Shown: piece after piece, positions 22,653-32,542 of the stretch
How positions within the stretch are numbered: position 1 is the stretch's first letter
Layout: every line of letters begins with the position of its first letter
Assembly: GCF_001194135.2 (NCBI RefSeq)
Contig: NC_068993.1
Span: 11,669-44,210, forward strand
DNA: 32,542 nucleotides
Direction: 5' to 3'
DNA from: Octopus bimaculoides
Lineage: Eukaryota
Notes under the pieces: model-generated
Database searches by the model: none
What the model was told of the DNA's origin: nothing
The model's input: only the letters and a program-made list of their open reading frames with translations
Translations under genes and position numbers: made by a program

Positions 22653-23916
22653 CTGAAGTAAAAGAACATTGATTATCTAGCAAACATAATCATCATTCTA
22701 TTTCTCATCTTTCTACAGTTTTATTGTAGTGCTACTCTCCACCCTTTCTGAACCACTCCTATTTCTTCTATCCCCCCCACCACCACCACCAAATTGATAT
22801 TTACCATTCACCACACCTCCAACCACATTAACTATTTACCTCTGTCCCCATTTCTAATTATCCGTCACTCTATTCTTACATGCTTTCCAACCCAACAGAC
22901 TTTTCTCAATCCTCTCTCCATATTCTAACCTTCTTATACCTTGAGAGTACACTTTGAAACCTCATCATCACCATCATTATTGCTCTTTCCAGCTACTTCC
23001 AACAACCTTAATGTAATGCCATTTATCTCCTCAGTTCCTGTCTCTCTATCATTCTTTAGCCCTGAACACCTTGCTGCTTTTTTAAAACAGTGGATTGTAA
23101 TTTGAGGGAGATTTTCTATTTCTAGCAAGAGACTTCCTCGTTTGGATAGTATTAAGCTGAATTAACATCAGCTGCATTCACCTCATCAGTCATGGAGGGC
23201 CTAGAATACTTATGAGCAACACTCTCCCCACCTCCTTAAACTCATTAACAAAAAAAGAACAAAACAAACAAAAGTACTTCATGGACCTAGATAGTAAAAA
23301 AAAAAAGATTAGTATTCATGTCATTTTTTGTTAATATATTCCTGTCACTTCATCTATTCACTCTACTGCCTTGATAACACTATTATCATCATTACAACTA
23401 TAATGATTTCTTTGTCTCTAGAGAAAGCCTTCTCATTCTCAGTTCACATACTGTCATTGGTATCTTATAGTAGTTCTTACTTTTCAACCCCTGATCAAGA
23501 AAACCAATGATCAAAGCTATTCTGACTGTGAGTTTTAAAGAAGGGTGTAATATAACATTTCTAATGTGTCTTCGTCTTATTTTAGACAGCCATAAGATTT
23601 AAAGAAGATTTGACTACAATTTCTAGCAAATAAAGGGACAATGTACAAGCTTCTCTTTGATGAACCTGATTTTACTGATAGAGAAAAACATGTTCTGGTT
23701 AGCTCCAAGCCATCTTTGATTACCAGACGTAAAAGGCATTCCAGCTGTAACTGTCTGATCTTTTGGATTCAGGCATAACATACCTAGGACTACCTTATTT
23801 AATGTCTTTCTTTTCAGCTGATAGAGTATGATATGAAAGAGATTTGCTGCTATTTTTACCAGGTCAACTTTGGTTCAAGGTGACGAAGGAAAACAGATGC
23901 ATAACAGTAAACTTAC

Positions 23917-23989
23917 CAAGGAACCACAACAGTATAATATGTCACTTAATTTGTAATGGTGACAATCCTGCCAAATTTTAATACCCCAA
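23917..23989 (-). CDS. DCAF17: DCAF17-like coding exon, 73 nt, phase 2/0: WGIKIWQDCHHYKLSDILYCCGSL
   Basis: tttttttgttttcAG|ttgggg...tccttg|GTAAGT. Open frame, phases fit both neighbours. Weak similarity to human KLYEMPKC...KIEDALLWECPV. Confidence 0.75.
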
Positions 23990-25013
23990 CTGAAAACAAA
24001 AAAAAAAAATGAGAATGATAATAATTGTTTCTTTATTTGCCACAAATGACAGATGAAGGGACAAAGACAAATTGCAAGAACAGTGAAGAGTTTTACAGAA
24101 ATCAAGTATGAGAAGATGGATATAAAAAACAACCATATAAATTTTTAAAATCACAGTAAAACTTTCCAATAGGGTTCAATCAGGTAACCACATAGATTCC
24201 AGATTATCCTTACAACCCAAAATAAGTAACCCACCACCCACTTAGTCGAGTAACTTGGCTTACAAATGCAGGCTGAATGTGAACCAATTGCTTTGGGTCA
24301 TAATTCACTACTCTCACCGAAATTGAAGAAAATTACTTAGAAGGCAGCAACTCTCTCTTCACTCTCACATTCCTCTCTAAATGATTCTCAAAGATTGACA
24401 GTTAGGTCTCTTGTCAACTAATCAGCTGCAGTCTCTACTTCATTAACAGTAGTAATAACTTTTATGACAAACAGCAAGAAGCAGCAACAGCCTGAATCAT
24501 CACTTTTTGGGGTTAATCAACTGTTGCAGTATTTTGTTAATTTACCCAGACAAACTAGTGTCATCAACCAAGCCTACCTTTTTCTAACAATTCAGAGACT
24601 TAGATCAATGATATATTAACTAGCATCATTAAATCATTAGAGAAAATTAACTGGTAGTGTTAAGTGTTTTGTTGAGCAGGCAGTAGAATAAATGTAGTCC
24701 AGAGTAGTAGAGTAACTGGTCATTGCAATCTTACCAGTCACCATCATAGCAGTGGTTACAGGGTGTATAGATCAGTTGAAGGTTATATATAAACCTATGG
24801 AGGCTGTGTTCTCAGTCATCACAGTTTTACCAGTTCTAATCTCAGCAGACATAGTAGTAAATTAAGCCATAAAGTACTAAGAGTTAGTGTGTCACAAAAG
24901 CCTCTACAATCTGCTTAGATAATCTTCATGCAGAACAGTTATACTACTCCAGATAAAGGAGAGTATCTAAAGCTCACTCAAAGAAAATGAATGTAACCTA
25001 CATGACTGAAACT

Positions 25014-25401
25014 GGTGATCTTTCGGTACGAGTCCTAAATATCGGCCTTTTCCGTAAAAAGTGTCTTCGGCGATCTTTACCAAAGATTGGCCTTTTCCGT
25101 AACACCCGCACGATCTCCACTACGGTGTTAGGGTTAGGGTTTTAGTGTCAGGGTTAGGGTTAGTGTTTAAGGTTAGGGTTACGGTTATGGTTAGGGACGG
25201 AATTCCCTAACGCAAACCCTAAAACCTAACTCTAAACCCTTCAAAATAAATCGCGATTTCAGTATGTCTTTCGCTGTTATGATGTCGTTTCCCTGTTTCT
25301 CTCCAACACTTTTTACAGAAAAGGCCGATCTTTGGTAAAGATCACCGAAGACACTTTTTACAGAAAAGGCCGATATTTAGGACTGGTACCGAAAGATCGC
25401 C
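25014..25401. mobile_element. 388-bp MITE: 89-bp TIRs, 8-bp TSD CTGAAACT, GGYGA termini (Merlin-like signature)
   Basis: TIRs at 25014-25102 and 25313-25401 with few mismatches. TSD at 25006-25013 and 25402-25409. Internal TTAGGG-like repeats. Confidence 0.92.
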
Positions 25402-26612
25402 CTGAAACTCATCACCTACTGCAACTAGAACTATTGCAGTGCAGAACTTTAAAAGAAATTATTTTCACTTTACTTTCTAGCTCAGTTACTCAGTAAGATA
25501 TGGAACATAAATTATATGTGTATTTGTATGTCAGATGCACAGAAATTTCTACAGAATTAAAGTATAAAAGCACAAACATCCTATAAGATTTACTTCTTTC
25601 TTTAATTATTAATTCGGTCAGGATGAAAAGGTAGCACATTTGGCCCTTGCAGAACCTCTGACACCGATAGAATTGATGCTATCAACACTCCACTTCAATC
25701 ATTGCAAGTTGCACATCTGTGAAAAGCTAGAGTGTATCAATAAGTGATTGTATGCTAATGAGTCAAGTGAATTTCCTTGGGATGTGTTTGCATGTATAAC
25801 AACAGGACTATTCCAGAAGTGAAATCTGAACATTGTAGAGTGTTAGTAACCGTTGAAGGCTGAAATAAAAGGTCAGTCTCTGAGATGCAATCTTAGCTGG
25901 GGATGTGTTTTCCAGGAGAAACCCCTAATGATAGTGAGATCTAAGATTTTCGTGCACATGTAATAGGGGACCACTTGCACCGGGGACATACAAAAGGTAT
26001 GTTCCTTCTGAAACCTGTAAAATTCCTTAAATCAATACCTACACAAATTGATGCTTCATTGATTCCTTTGCTGCTCATTCACTACCAAGTAAATGCACCA
26101 CACACACATGTGTATACAACATTTACTTGTTTATAAGTTACACCTTTGTACACATTATCAATAAAAAAAAAAAATTTTTTAAATCAAGAGTGCAACTCAT
26201 ACATGAGGCTAAGTAATCTTGTACAAAAAAATTATATTATTATAAGTGCAGATACACATTAGTTCATATTACGTATGAGTGTAACATCTTCCACTTTTCA
26301 ATGTATAAAAATTAAACCAGATAAAATTATTCTAGGACTTTAGAATTTGTCAATCACACTGATGTTAGAGGTGAAAAGAGGATCCAGACAAAATGGCAGA
26401 AAGATCAGTTTTAATAGGTCTCAATCATTAGAAACTTTAAATAATGAATTAGGAAATATCTTGGTAGCCTTCAGTTATATGCAGCAGAGTTACAATGCAA
26501 CAACTACTCTTGATCGATTACAATTCAATCTTACAGTTCTTTCTCCATCTTTGGATATACAGGTTTTATTAGGGCTTGTTTGTCAGACCATAAAACTTAC
26601 TGAAGCAATAGA

Positions 26613-26680
26613 TCATCATCATCATCATCATTTAATGTCTATTTTCCATGCTGGCATGGGCTAGACTGGAACTGGTAAAC
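26613..26680 (-). mobile_element. Short RTE/SINE 3' tail with (GAT)n
   Basis: catcatcatcatcatttaatgtctattttccatgctggcatggg. Confidence 0.75.
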
Positions 26681-27229
26681 CAGGGCTCCAATTTTGCCTA
26701 AGTCAAAGATTGTAATAGTGGCAACAACTGGTGTAAAGAGAAAATATTAATTAGATATTGCTACTTTGAAACTTGAAGTTGTAGAATTTGCAAAAATTGA
26801 TGAGGTTGCTGAGAGGGAGTTTTCTGTATAAAAGAAGATTGTTAGGGACTAGAGAAAACAAAATGTATACTTATTCAAAATGCCAAAGACTAAAAGGATA
26901 TGTGACAGATATGGATGACATGGATGTCTTCAGACCAGAAGGTACTGACCAAAGTTGGCAACTTCAAGAAACTAGCATTGCAGTTAAGAATACAAAATCA
27001 TGGGTAAAGATGATATCTAACCAGAGATAGAGAACAAGAGTTTCCCAAAGACAAACAAGTGGGTTCTTTCCACTCGTGTGATGTGTGATTGCCGTTGTAC
27101 TGCAGTTGCTGTTTTATGCTAGTAGCCACAATAATTTCTATTCATCAGATACCATTGTATCTCTTAATACCGGAATAGTAATACACTAACTTATTCTGTC
27201 TTACTATTGCTGATAACACCACAAGACAC

Positions 27230-28255
27230 CGACTAGAACTGTTGACCCTCTCTTGACAACCAGCTACTGGTCTATTTATAATGGCTGCCTCCTACCACTT
27301 TTTACTACAAGGGGTATACAGTTTCATTATACAACACCTATGCATGTCCTTGACAGTCACAGCTCATGTTTCACTGCCATGAGGCATGGCTGTTTGTACA
27401 CAACCATCATACAATCTGCCTTTCACTCAGACAGAGGCCTTTTATTACCAACAGCGGTAGGAGCCCTCTGAACTTGATCCAGCCTATTCTTATTCTAGCA
27501 GCTATGCTCTTGGGGCATCCACCCTTGCTACTGGCTTGGTCACTTAGGTAATGGAAGCTATCAACTATTTCTAGTTTTCCCTGCTGGCATTTGATGGAGT
27601 TTATTTTCTGTACATTTTTAGTGTTTATTGTATCTGTGCAACTTTCACACAAAGACTATTTTCCTCAGATATTGCTGCATCACTTATGTGTCCATAGCTT
27701 ACACAAGGTACATCTTAAGGAGTTTCTACCTATGCCTTTACTACAGATCAAGCAGGGCCATTTACCTGAAAGGATTTGTGATTTGTCTGCTTTTCTACTT
27801 ACTAAGAATTCAGTTTCTGCTACATTAACTCTAAGGCCCTTTGATTCTAGACTTTGCTTCCATGTCTGAAATTTCTTCTCTAATTCTGTTAGTAATTCAG
27901 CTATAAGAACAAGGTCATCAGCATAGAGGTACTCCCAGGGGCAGACTGTCTTAAATTCCTCTGTTATTTCCTGGAGGACTATGATAAACAAGAGGACTGA
28001 TCCTCGGTAAACCCCTACTTGTACCCTAAATTCATTGCTATACTCATTGTTAACCTTCACCTTACTGATAGCATCCCTGTACATGGCTTGTACAACTCTC
28101 ACCAACCACTCATCTACCCCATCTTCTGCATTGACCACCAGATAAGAGAGTGGGGGACTGTCAAAGGCTTTCTCCATGTCAACAAAAGCCAGGTAGAGGG
28201 GTTTGTTTATACATACCATGATCACCATAAAAATGTTCACTTTTCCACACTTGCA
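27230..28255 (-). mobile_element. RTE-type LINE RT core fragment with PHD-like insert
   Basis: ORF 27680..28240 LAFVDMEKAFD...QVGVYRGSVL...LYADDLVL...WPCLICSKGIGRNSLRCTLCKLWTHK; ORF 27407..27652 EIVDSFHYLSD...RIRIGWIKFRGLLPLL. Confidence 0.92.
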
Positions 28256-29075
28256 TGAGTTAGACAGAATTTGTTGCTAACCCTTACTTGTTTCCAATAA
28301 ATTAACATTTCCCCATAACTGAACATGTTTTCATAGAAGATTAGAAACAAATAACCCTGTTTGTATGATGGTGACTTGTTTACAACTATCATGGAATATC
28401 AGAGCAAGGAAGTAGAAACACAAATGTGTGTGTGTGTGTGTGTGTGTACAACAGGTTTCTTTCTATTTTCCAAATCCAATCATAGATCCTTGATTGACCT
28501 GGAACTATAATAGAAGGGGGACTAAATTTTGAACCATATGGTTGCCAAGCAAACTACCTAATCTCACAGCCATGGCTGCACCTGTAAAAATAATTTATAA
28601 AGTATCTAAATAAAATACAAATTGATGGTAATAAAAGAACTGATAACTATATTAAAATGGAGGGAACTGCCAACATAGGCTAAGTATGCTGGTATGTTTG
28701 GTTTAGTGTTCAAACTTGTATGTTGAGATGAAAACGTAGAGTGGATATGACATATAACATCAGGGATCAAGTGTTTGGTGAGAGGTATAGATCGGTTGTG
28801 TATTTAAGCAATTTAGTCTAAATGCTTCAGTTCAAATAACTGTTTGAAGTAGACCTTTACAGTTGATTTCAGGTAAAATGTATCTCTGCATCATTTAATA
28901 TCATGAGAATTTTGTCAATATTTGTTACTTTTAAATAGTGTGGATATATATTGGATACATTCATATGTATTTGTATGTGTATGCATATGCACACATACAA
29001 GCTTGTGTATGTGTATGAAAATGTATGTATTAAACAGTATGAAAACAATTTTTTGTTTTGTGAACAGAAACTTAC

Positions 29076-29117
29076 CAATCATAACATGTTAAACAGTTCT
29101 TCAAGAATATGTAATCT
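29076..29117 (-). CDS. DCAF17: DCAF17-like coding exon, 42 nt, phase 2/2: (R)DYIFLKNCLTCYD(C)
   Basis: Long pyrimidine tract ...ttttcaatatattgcAG|agattac...gattg|GTAAGT. Aligns with recalled human RGRIYFDNYRRCVSS. Phase fits the next exon (tg|t = Cys). An upstream in-frame TGA prevents extension. Confidence 0.75.
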
Positions 29118-29628
29118 CTGCAATATATTGAAAATAGAACAAGAAATAAATAATCTCAAAACAAAAAAGCCAATACATAAAATAAGATTAGAGTCATAAA
29201 AATACTATCTTTTTTCTAAAATTTGCTGTTTCCTATCAAGAAACTCATTGTAAACAATGAGTCGAATTTAGGCAGATGTCAGCAAAAATCTAGCAATAAA
29301 GTTTTGTGTAAAACAATTGCTGGATTTTTGAGGGATGGCGTCACCACAAAGCTGTCCAATTAATTTTGTTATTGATTTATAGAAGAGAGACAATTGAAAG
29401 AATGACAGTAAGACAGAAGGAACAATGAGAGGGAGCTGCAGAAACACAGACAGACCAGCTCTAAGCGGAGTGGCAGACAGGAGAACAGAGGATAAACATA
29501 GCATTGCATAAAGTTAGGTGACGTTCAATTTAAATTATTCCTTGGCAACTAGAAGAGTCTGCAACACAAATGACTAAAACTGCTACTAACATAAGAATTA
29601 CACTTGGCAGAGGACACTTGCAGCCATC

Positions 29629-29646
29629 CTCTCTCTCTCTCTTTTG

Positions 29647-29712
<66 letters not shown>
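29629..29712. repeat. (CT)n then (TA)n microsatellite; insertion site of the Tc1-like element
   Basis: Direct reading. Confidence 0.95.
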
Positions 29713-29715
<3 letters not shown>

Positions 29716-31017
29716 GGGTTGGACAAAATAATGGAAACACCTTAAAATTTCAAACAAATTTATTTTAATATGAGGTAGGACCGCCTTTGACAGTAATTAC
29801 AGCTTGAATTCTATGAGGTATGGACTCGTACAAAGTTTGAATTATTTCCAAAGGAATTTTTGTCCATTCTTCAGCTAAAATAGTCTCCAGTTCTTGTAGT
29901 GATGGTGGAGGATATCGACTCCTTACTTGTTTTTTCTAAAATGCACCAAAAATGTTCAATAATGTTGAGATCTGGGGACTGTGGTGCCCAGATAAGATGT
30001 TCAGCTTCATTAGAATGTTCCTCGTGCCATTCAGTAACAATGTTAGCTGTGTGAATTGGTGCATTATCATCCTGAAAGATTGCGTTTCCCTCCGAAATTC
30101 ATAGGATGAATTTGATCAGATAAATGCTTAAATAGTCTTGACTATTAATTCTGCCATGAAGGGAAACCATTGGGCTGGTGGATTTCCAAGATATAGCCCC
30201 ACTCCCCAAATCATCACAGAACCTCCTCCATCTTTAACAGTTGGAAGAAGGCAGTCTTTCAGCTGTCTCCACACGTATACTCAGCCAGTGGTTGGAAATA
30301 AAGTAAAGGATGACTCATCCAAGAAAATAACATTCTTCCACTGCTCTAGGGACCAATTCTGTAGGTTTTTATNNNNNNNNNNATCCAAGAAAATAACATT
30401 CTTCCACTGCTCTAGGGACCAATTCTGTAGGTTTTTATTCCACTCTAAATGCTTTGCAACATTTGTTTTTGAAAGTAGTGGTTTTCTGATTGCTGCCCTT
30501 CTGTGAAATCCAGCTTTGTGAAGCTCCAGGCGAATAGTTTTTGCTGAAACCAAGTTCTTGAGGTGGTCATTAAGCTCTGCAATAATTTTGGGAGCTGTAC
30601 TTTTGTGATCCTTTCTAACAATCTGCATAAGAGTCCGACGGTCCCTATCTGAAAGTTTTGGTTTTCTTCCACAGTTTTGTTTCGACGAGGAGGTTTTTCC
30701 CCTCTTTCTCAAAGGCTGTCATTACTTTCGAGACAGTACTTCTTGATATACCAAACATTTCGGTTCTCATTGTGCTAGCCCCTGCCATACGAGCACTAAC
30801 AAATTGATCTCTTTGAAAGTCCAATAGATCTGTCATTTTAATGAATTTTAATTACTTTTTTCTGATGATATCTGAAATGAAACAGCAATTTTAGCAAAAC
30901 ATATTAAGCAACACTAATAATAAATAAAAAAACATAAAAATAAACAAGCTTTTGATGGTTTTATAGATATTTCAGAATTATGATGCTAGGTGTTTCTATT
31001 ATTTTGTCCAACCCCTG
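29713..31017 (-). mobile_element. Full-length decayed Tc1/mariner transposon, 30-bp TIRs, TA TSD, DD36E catalytic spacing
   Basis: TIRs caggggttggacaaaataat(g/a)gaaacacct, one mismatch. Frameshifted transposase remnant 29765-30836: HTH, GRKPKL, WKNVIFLDES, FQDDNAPIH, QSPDLNIIEHFW, KGGPTSY*. Confidence 0.95.
30317..30438. other. Assembly artefact: 56-bp exact duplication across a 10-N gap
   Basis: 30317-30372 is identical to 30383-30438. True transposon length is about 1239 bp. Confidence 0.9.
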
Positions 31018-31607
31018 TACATACATATACATCTCTACATATATCTAAGGCAGGGCCTGATTTATAGGGTGGTGAAGGGGGCAACTGCCCCAGGCCCCCT
31101 GCTATAAAGGATATGTAGCACTCAATAATCAGGCATGAAGAGGCAGCTACAATTCCAAAGGGAATTGTTCTTGCTTTTGAGACAAAAACAAAGAAAAGGG
31201 AAACAAAAGAACACTTCTGAAAATGTATGTATGTATGTATGTATCTGAGAGTGCATGTATGTGTGAATGTATATAAAGAGATTGCTAGAAAGATGTTATT
31301 GTCTTTAGGTCAAATTCGTTCTTTCAATGCATGACTGAGTAATAATCTTGGTTTGACCACTTGCAGTTAAAGGCATGCACATACACACACACACACATTG
31401 CTACTTCTAAACTTAATTATTTCAGCGAGGCATTGAAAACTAGTCTTACATCTCTCAACAGTTAGAAAGCATTTTTTTTCTGCTTTAGAATTATTGCTTA
31501 TATGTTCAAATGTTTTTCCTTAAATCAAACTGTTTTTGTTTCTTATTTTTACCTATATTTTTCATCATACTGTCAAACACTTGAAATTACTGTGGAAGTG
31601 GGTAAAA

Positions 31608-31887
31608 NNNNNNNNNNNNNNNNNNNNNNNNNNNNNNNNNNNNNNNNNNNNNNNNNNNNNNNNNNNNNNNNNNNNNNNNNNNNNNNNNNNNNNNNNNNNN
31701 NNNNNNNNNNNNNNNNNNNNNNNNNNNNNNNNNNNNNNNNNNNNNNNNNNNNNNNNNNNNNNNNNNNNNNNNNNNNNNNNNNNNNNNNNNNNNNNNNNNN
31801 NNNNNNNNNNNNNNNNNNNNNNNNNNNNNNNNNNNNNNNNNNNNNNNNNNNNNNNNNNNNNNNNNNNNNNNNNNNNNNNNNNNNNNN
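31608..31887. other. Assembly gap (280 N)
   Basis: Direct reading. Confidence 0.98.
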
Positions 31888-31892
31888 TGTTG

Positions 31893-31954
31893 TTATTATT
31901 ATTATTATTTAGGTCACTGCTTGGAATCAAACTCAGATTCCAAGCAGTGACCTA

Positions 31955-32018
<64 letters not shown>

Positions 32019-32049
32019 TCGAAAAATACCTCAGGAATGAGAACCTAGG
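31893..32049. repeat. Perfect 36-bp inverted repeat plus long (AAT)n; second partial copy of the PLE-associated tRNA-like tail
   Basis: Arms 31893-31928 and 31936-31971, spacer aaactca. Continues as gaaaaatacctcaggaatgagaacctagg, homologous to 5158-5186. Confidence 0.85.
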
Positions 32050-32452
32050 AAACAATGCCAAAAAAGACAACAGAGCTTAGCACAGTCCTCTGGAATGGAA
32101 AACAGATGTTAAAGGATGAGGGGTTAAAGTATGAGAGAAAGGGAAAACCAGGTTCCTGTAGAGGAGCTACATTGCTACTCACATTCAGAAGAGAATGAGG
32201 AAGAGAAGCTGAAAAGTGAGTGACAATGAGGCAACCAGTAGCTTGTCAAGGTATGAGGTGAGTGTAGAAGTGAGTGAGAGACAGAGGAAGTATGAGTGTG
32301 GGGTAGAGAGAATATCAATATATGAAAAACGGTTAACAAATGAAGTGGTTCTGAGTAGCAAGAAAAATATAGTGGTATCAATTATTCAGGCACTAAGAGA
32401 GATGCTGAGGGTGGAGTGATTTAAGGAGGGGATGAGCTGAAGGGCCGACTAA

Positions 32453-32496
32453 TGTGTGTGTGTGTGCGTGTGTGTGCGTGCGTATGTATATATATA

Positions 32497-32527
<31 letters not shown>

Positions 32528-32542
32528 GTGTATATATATATA
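32453..32542. repeat. (GT)n/(TA)n compound microsatellite
   Basis: Direct reading. Confidence 0.95.

Noticed and set aside
25128-25240. True telomere or chromosome-fusion scar
   Set aside because: The repeats are short, degenerate and enclosed by TIRs and a TSD, so they arrived with the MITE.
25916-25996. Plus-strand AG...AAG|GTATGT exon-like segment (possible antisense gene)
   Set aside because: Stops in all three frames and no partner exons found. Chance splice-like motifs are common at this scale.
30317-30438. Tandem duplication within the transposase gene
   Set aside because: Exact 56-bp overlap on both sides of a 10-N gap, typical of unmerged contig ends.

Overview
AT-rich, repeat-dense eukaryotic genomic DNA with three N-gaps (16957-17316, 30373-30382, 31608-31887). 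The repeat families look like those of coleoid cephalopods (Octopus-like); this is pattern recognition, not a database result. The window is the middle of one intron-rich, minus-strand gene that the ORF track mostly misses. Ten GT-AG exons (29076-29117, 23917-23989, 22516-22652, 19520-19589, 18792-18881, 13448-13555, 10088-10187, 9677-9810, 6139-6251, 3579-3666; 955 nt) splice with matching phases into a stop-free ~318-aa segment. That segment aligns colinearly with my recollection of human DCAF17 (C2orf37). I did not find the 5' and 3' coding exons in the window. The introns hold: several RTE-type LINE fragments whose RT carries an inserted C4HC3 PHD-like finger; an R4/Dong-like RT fragment next to (TAA)n; two Penelope-like GIY-YIG remnants, one followed by a tRNA-like segment; tRNA-derived SINEs; a 388-bp Merlin-signature MITE containing folded-back TTAGGG-like repeats; a full-length decayed Tc1-like transposon with DD36E spacing; and many microsatellites. 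There is no CRISPR array, rRNA or prokaryote-type system. The most unusual items are transposon-architecture features.
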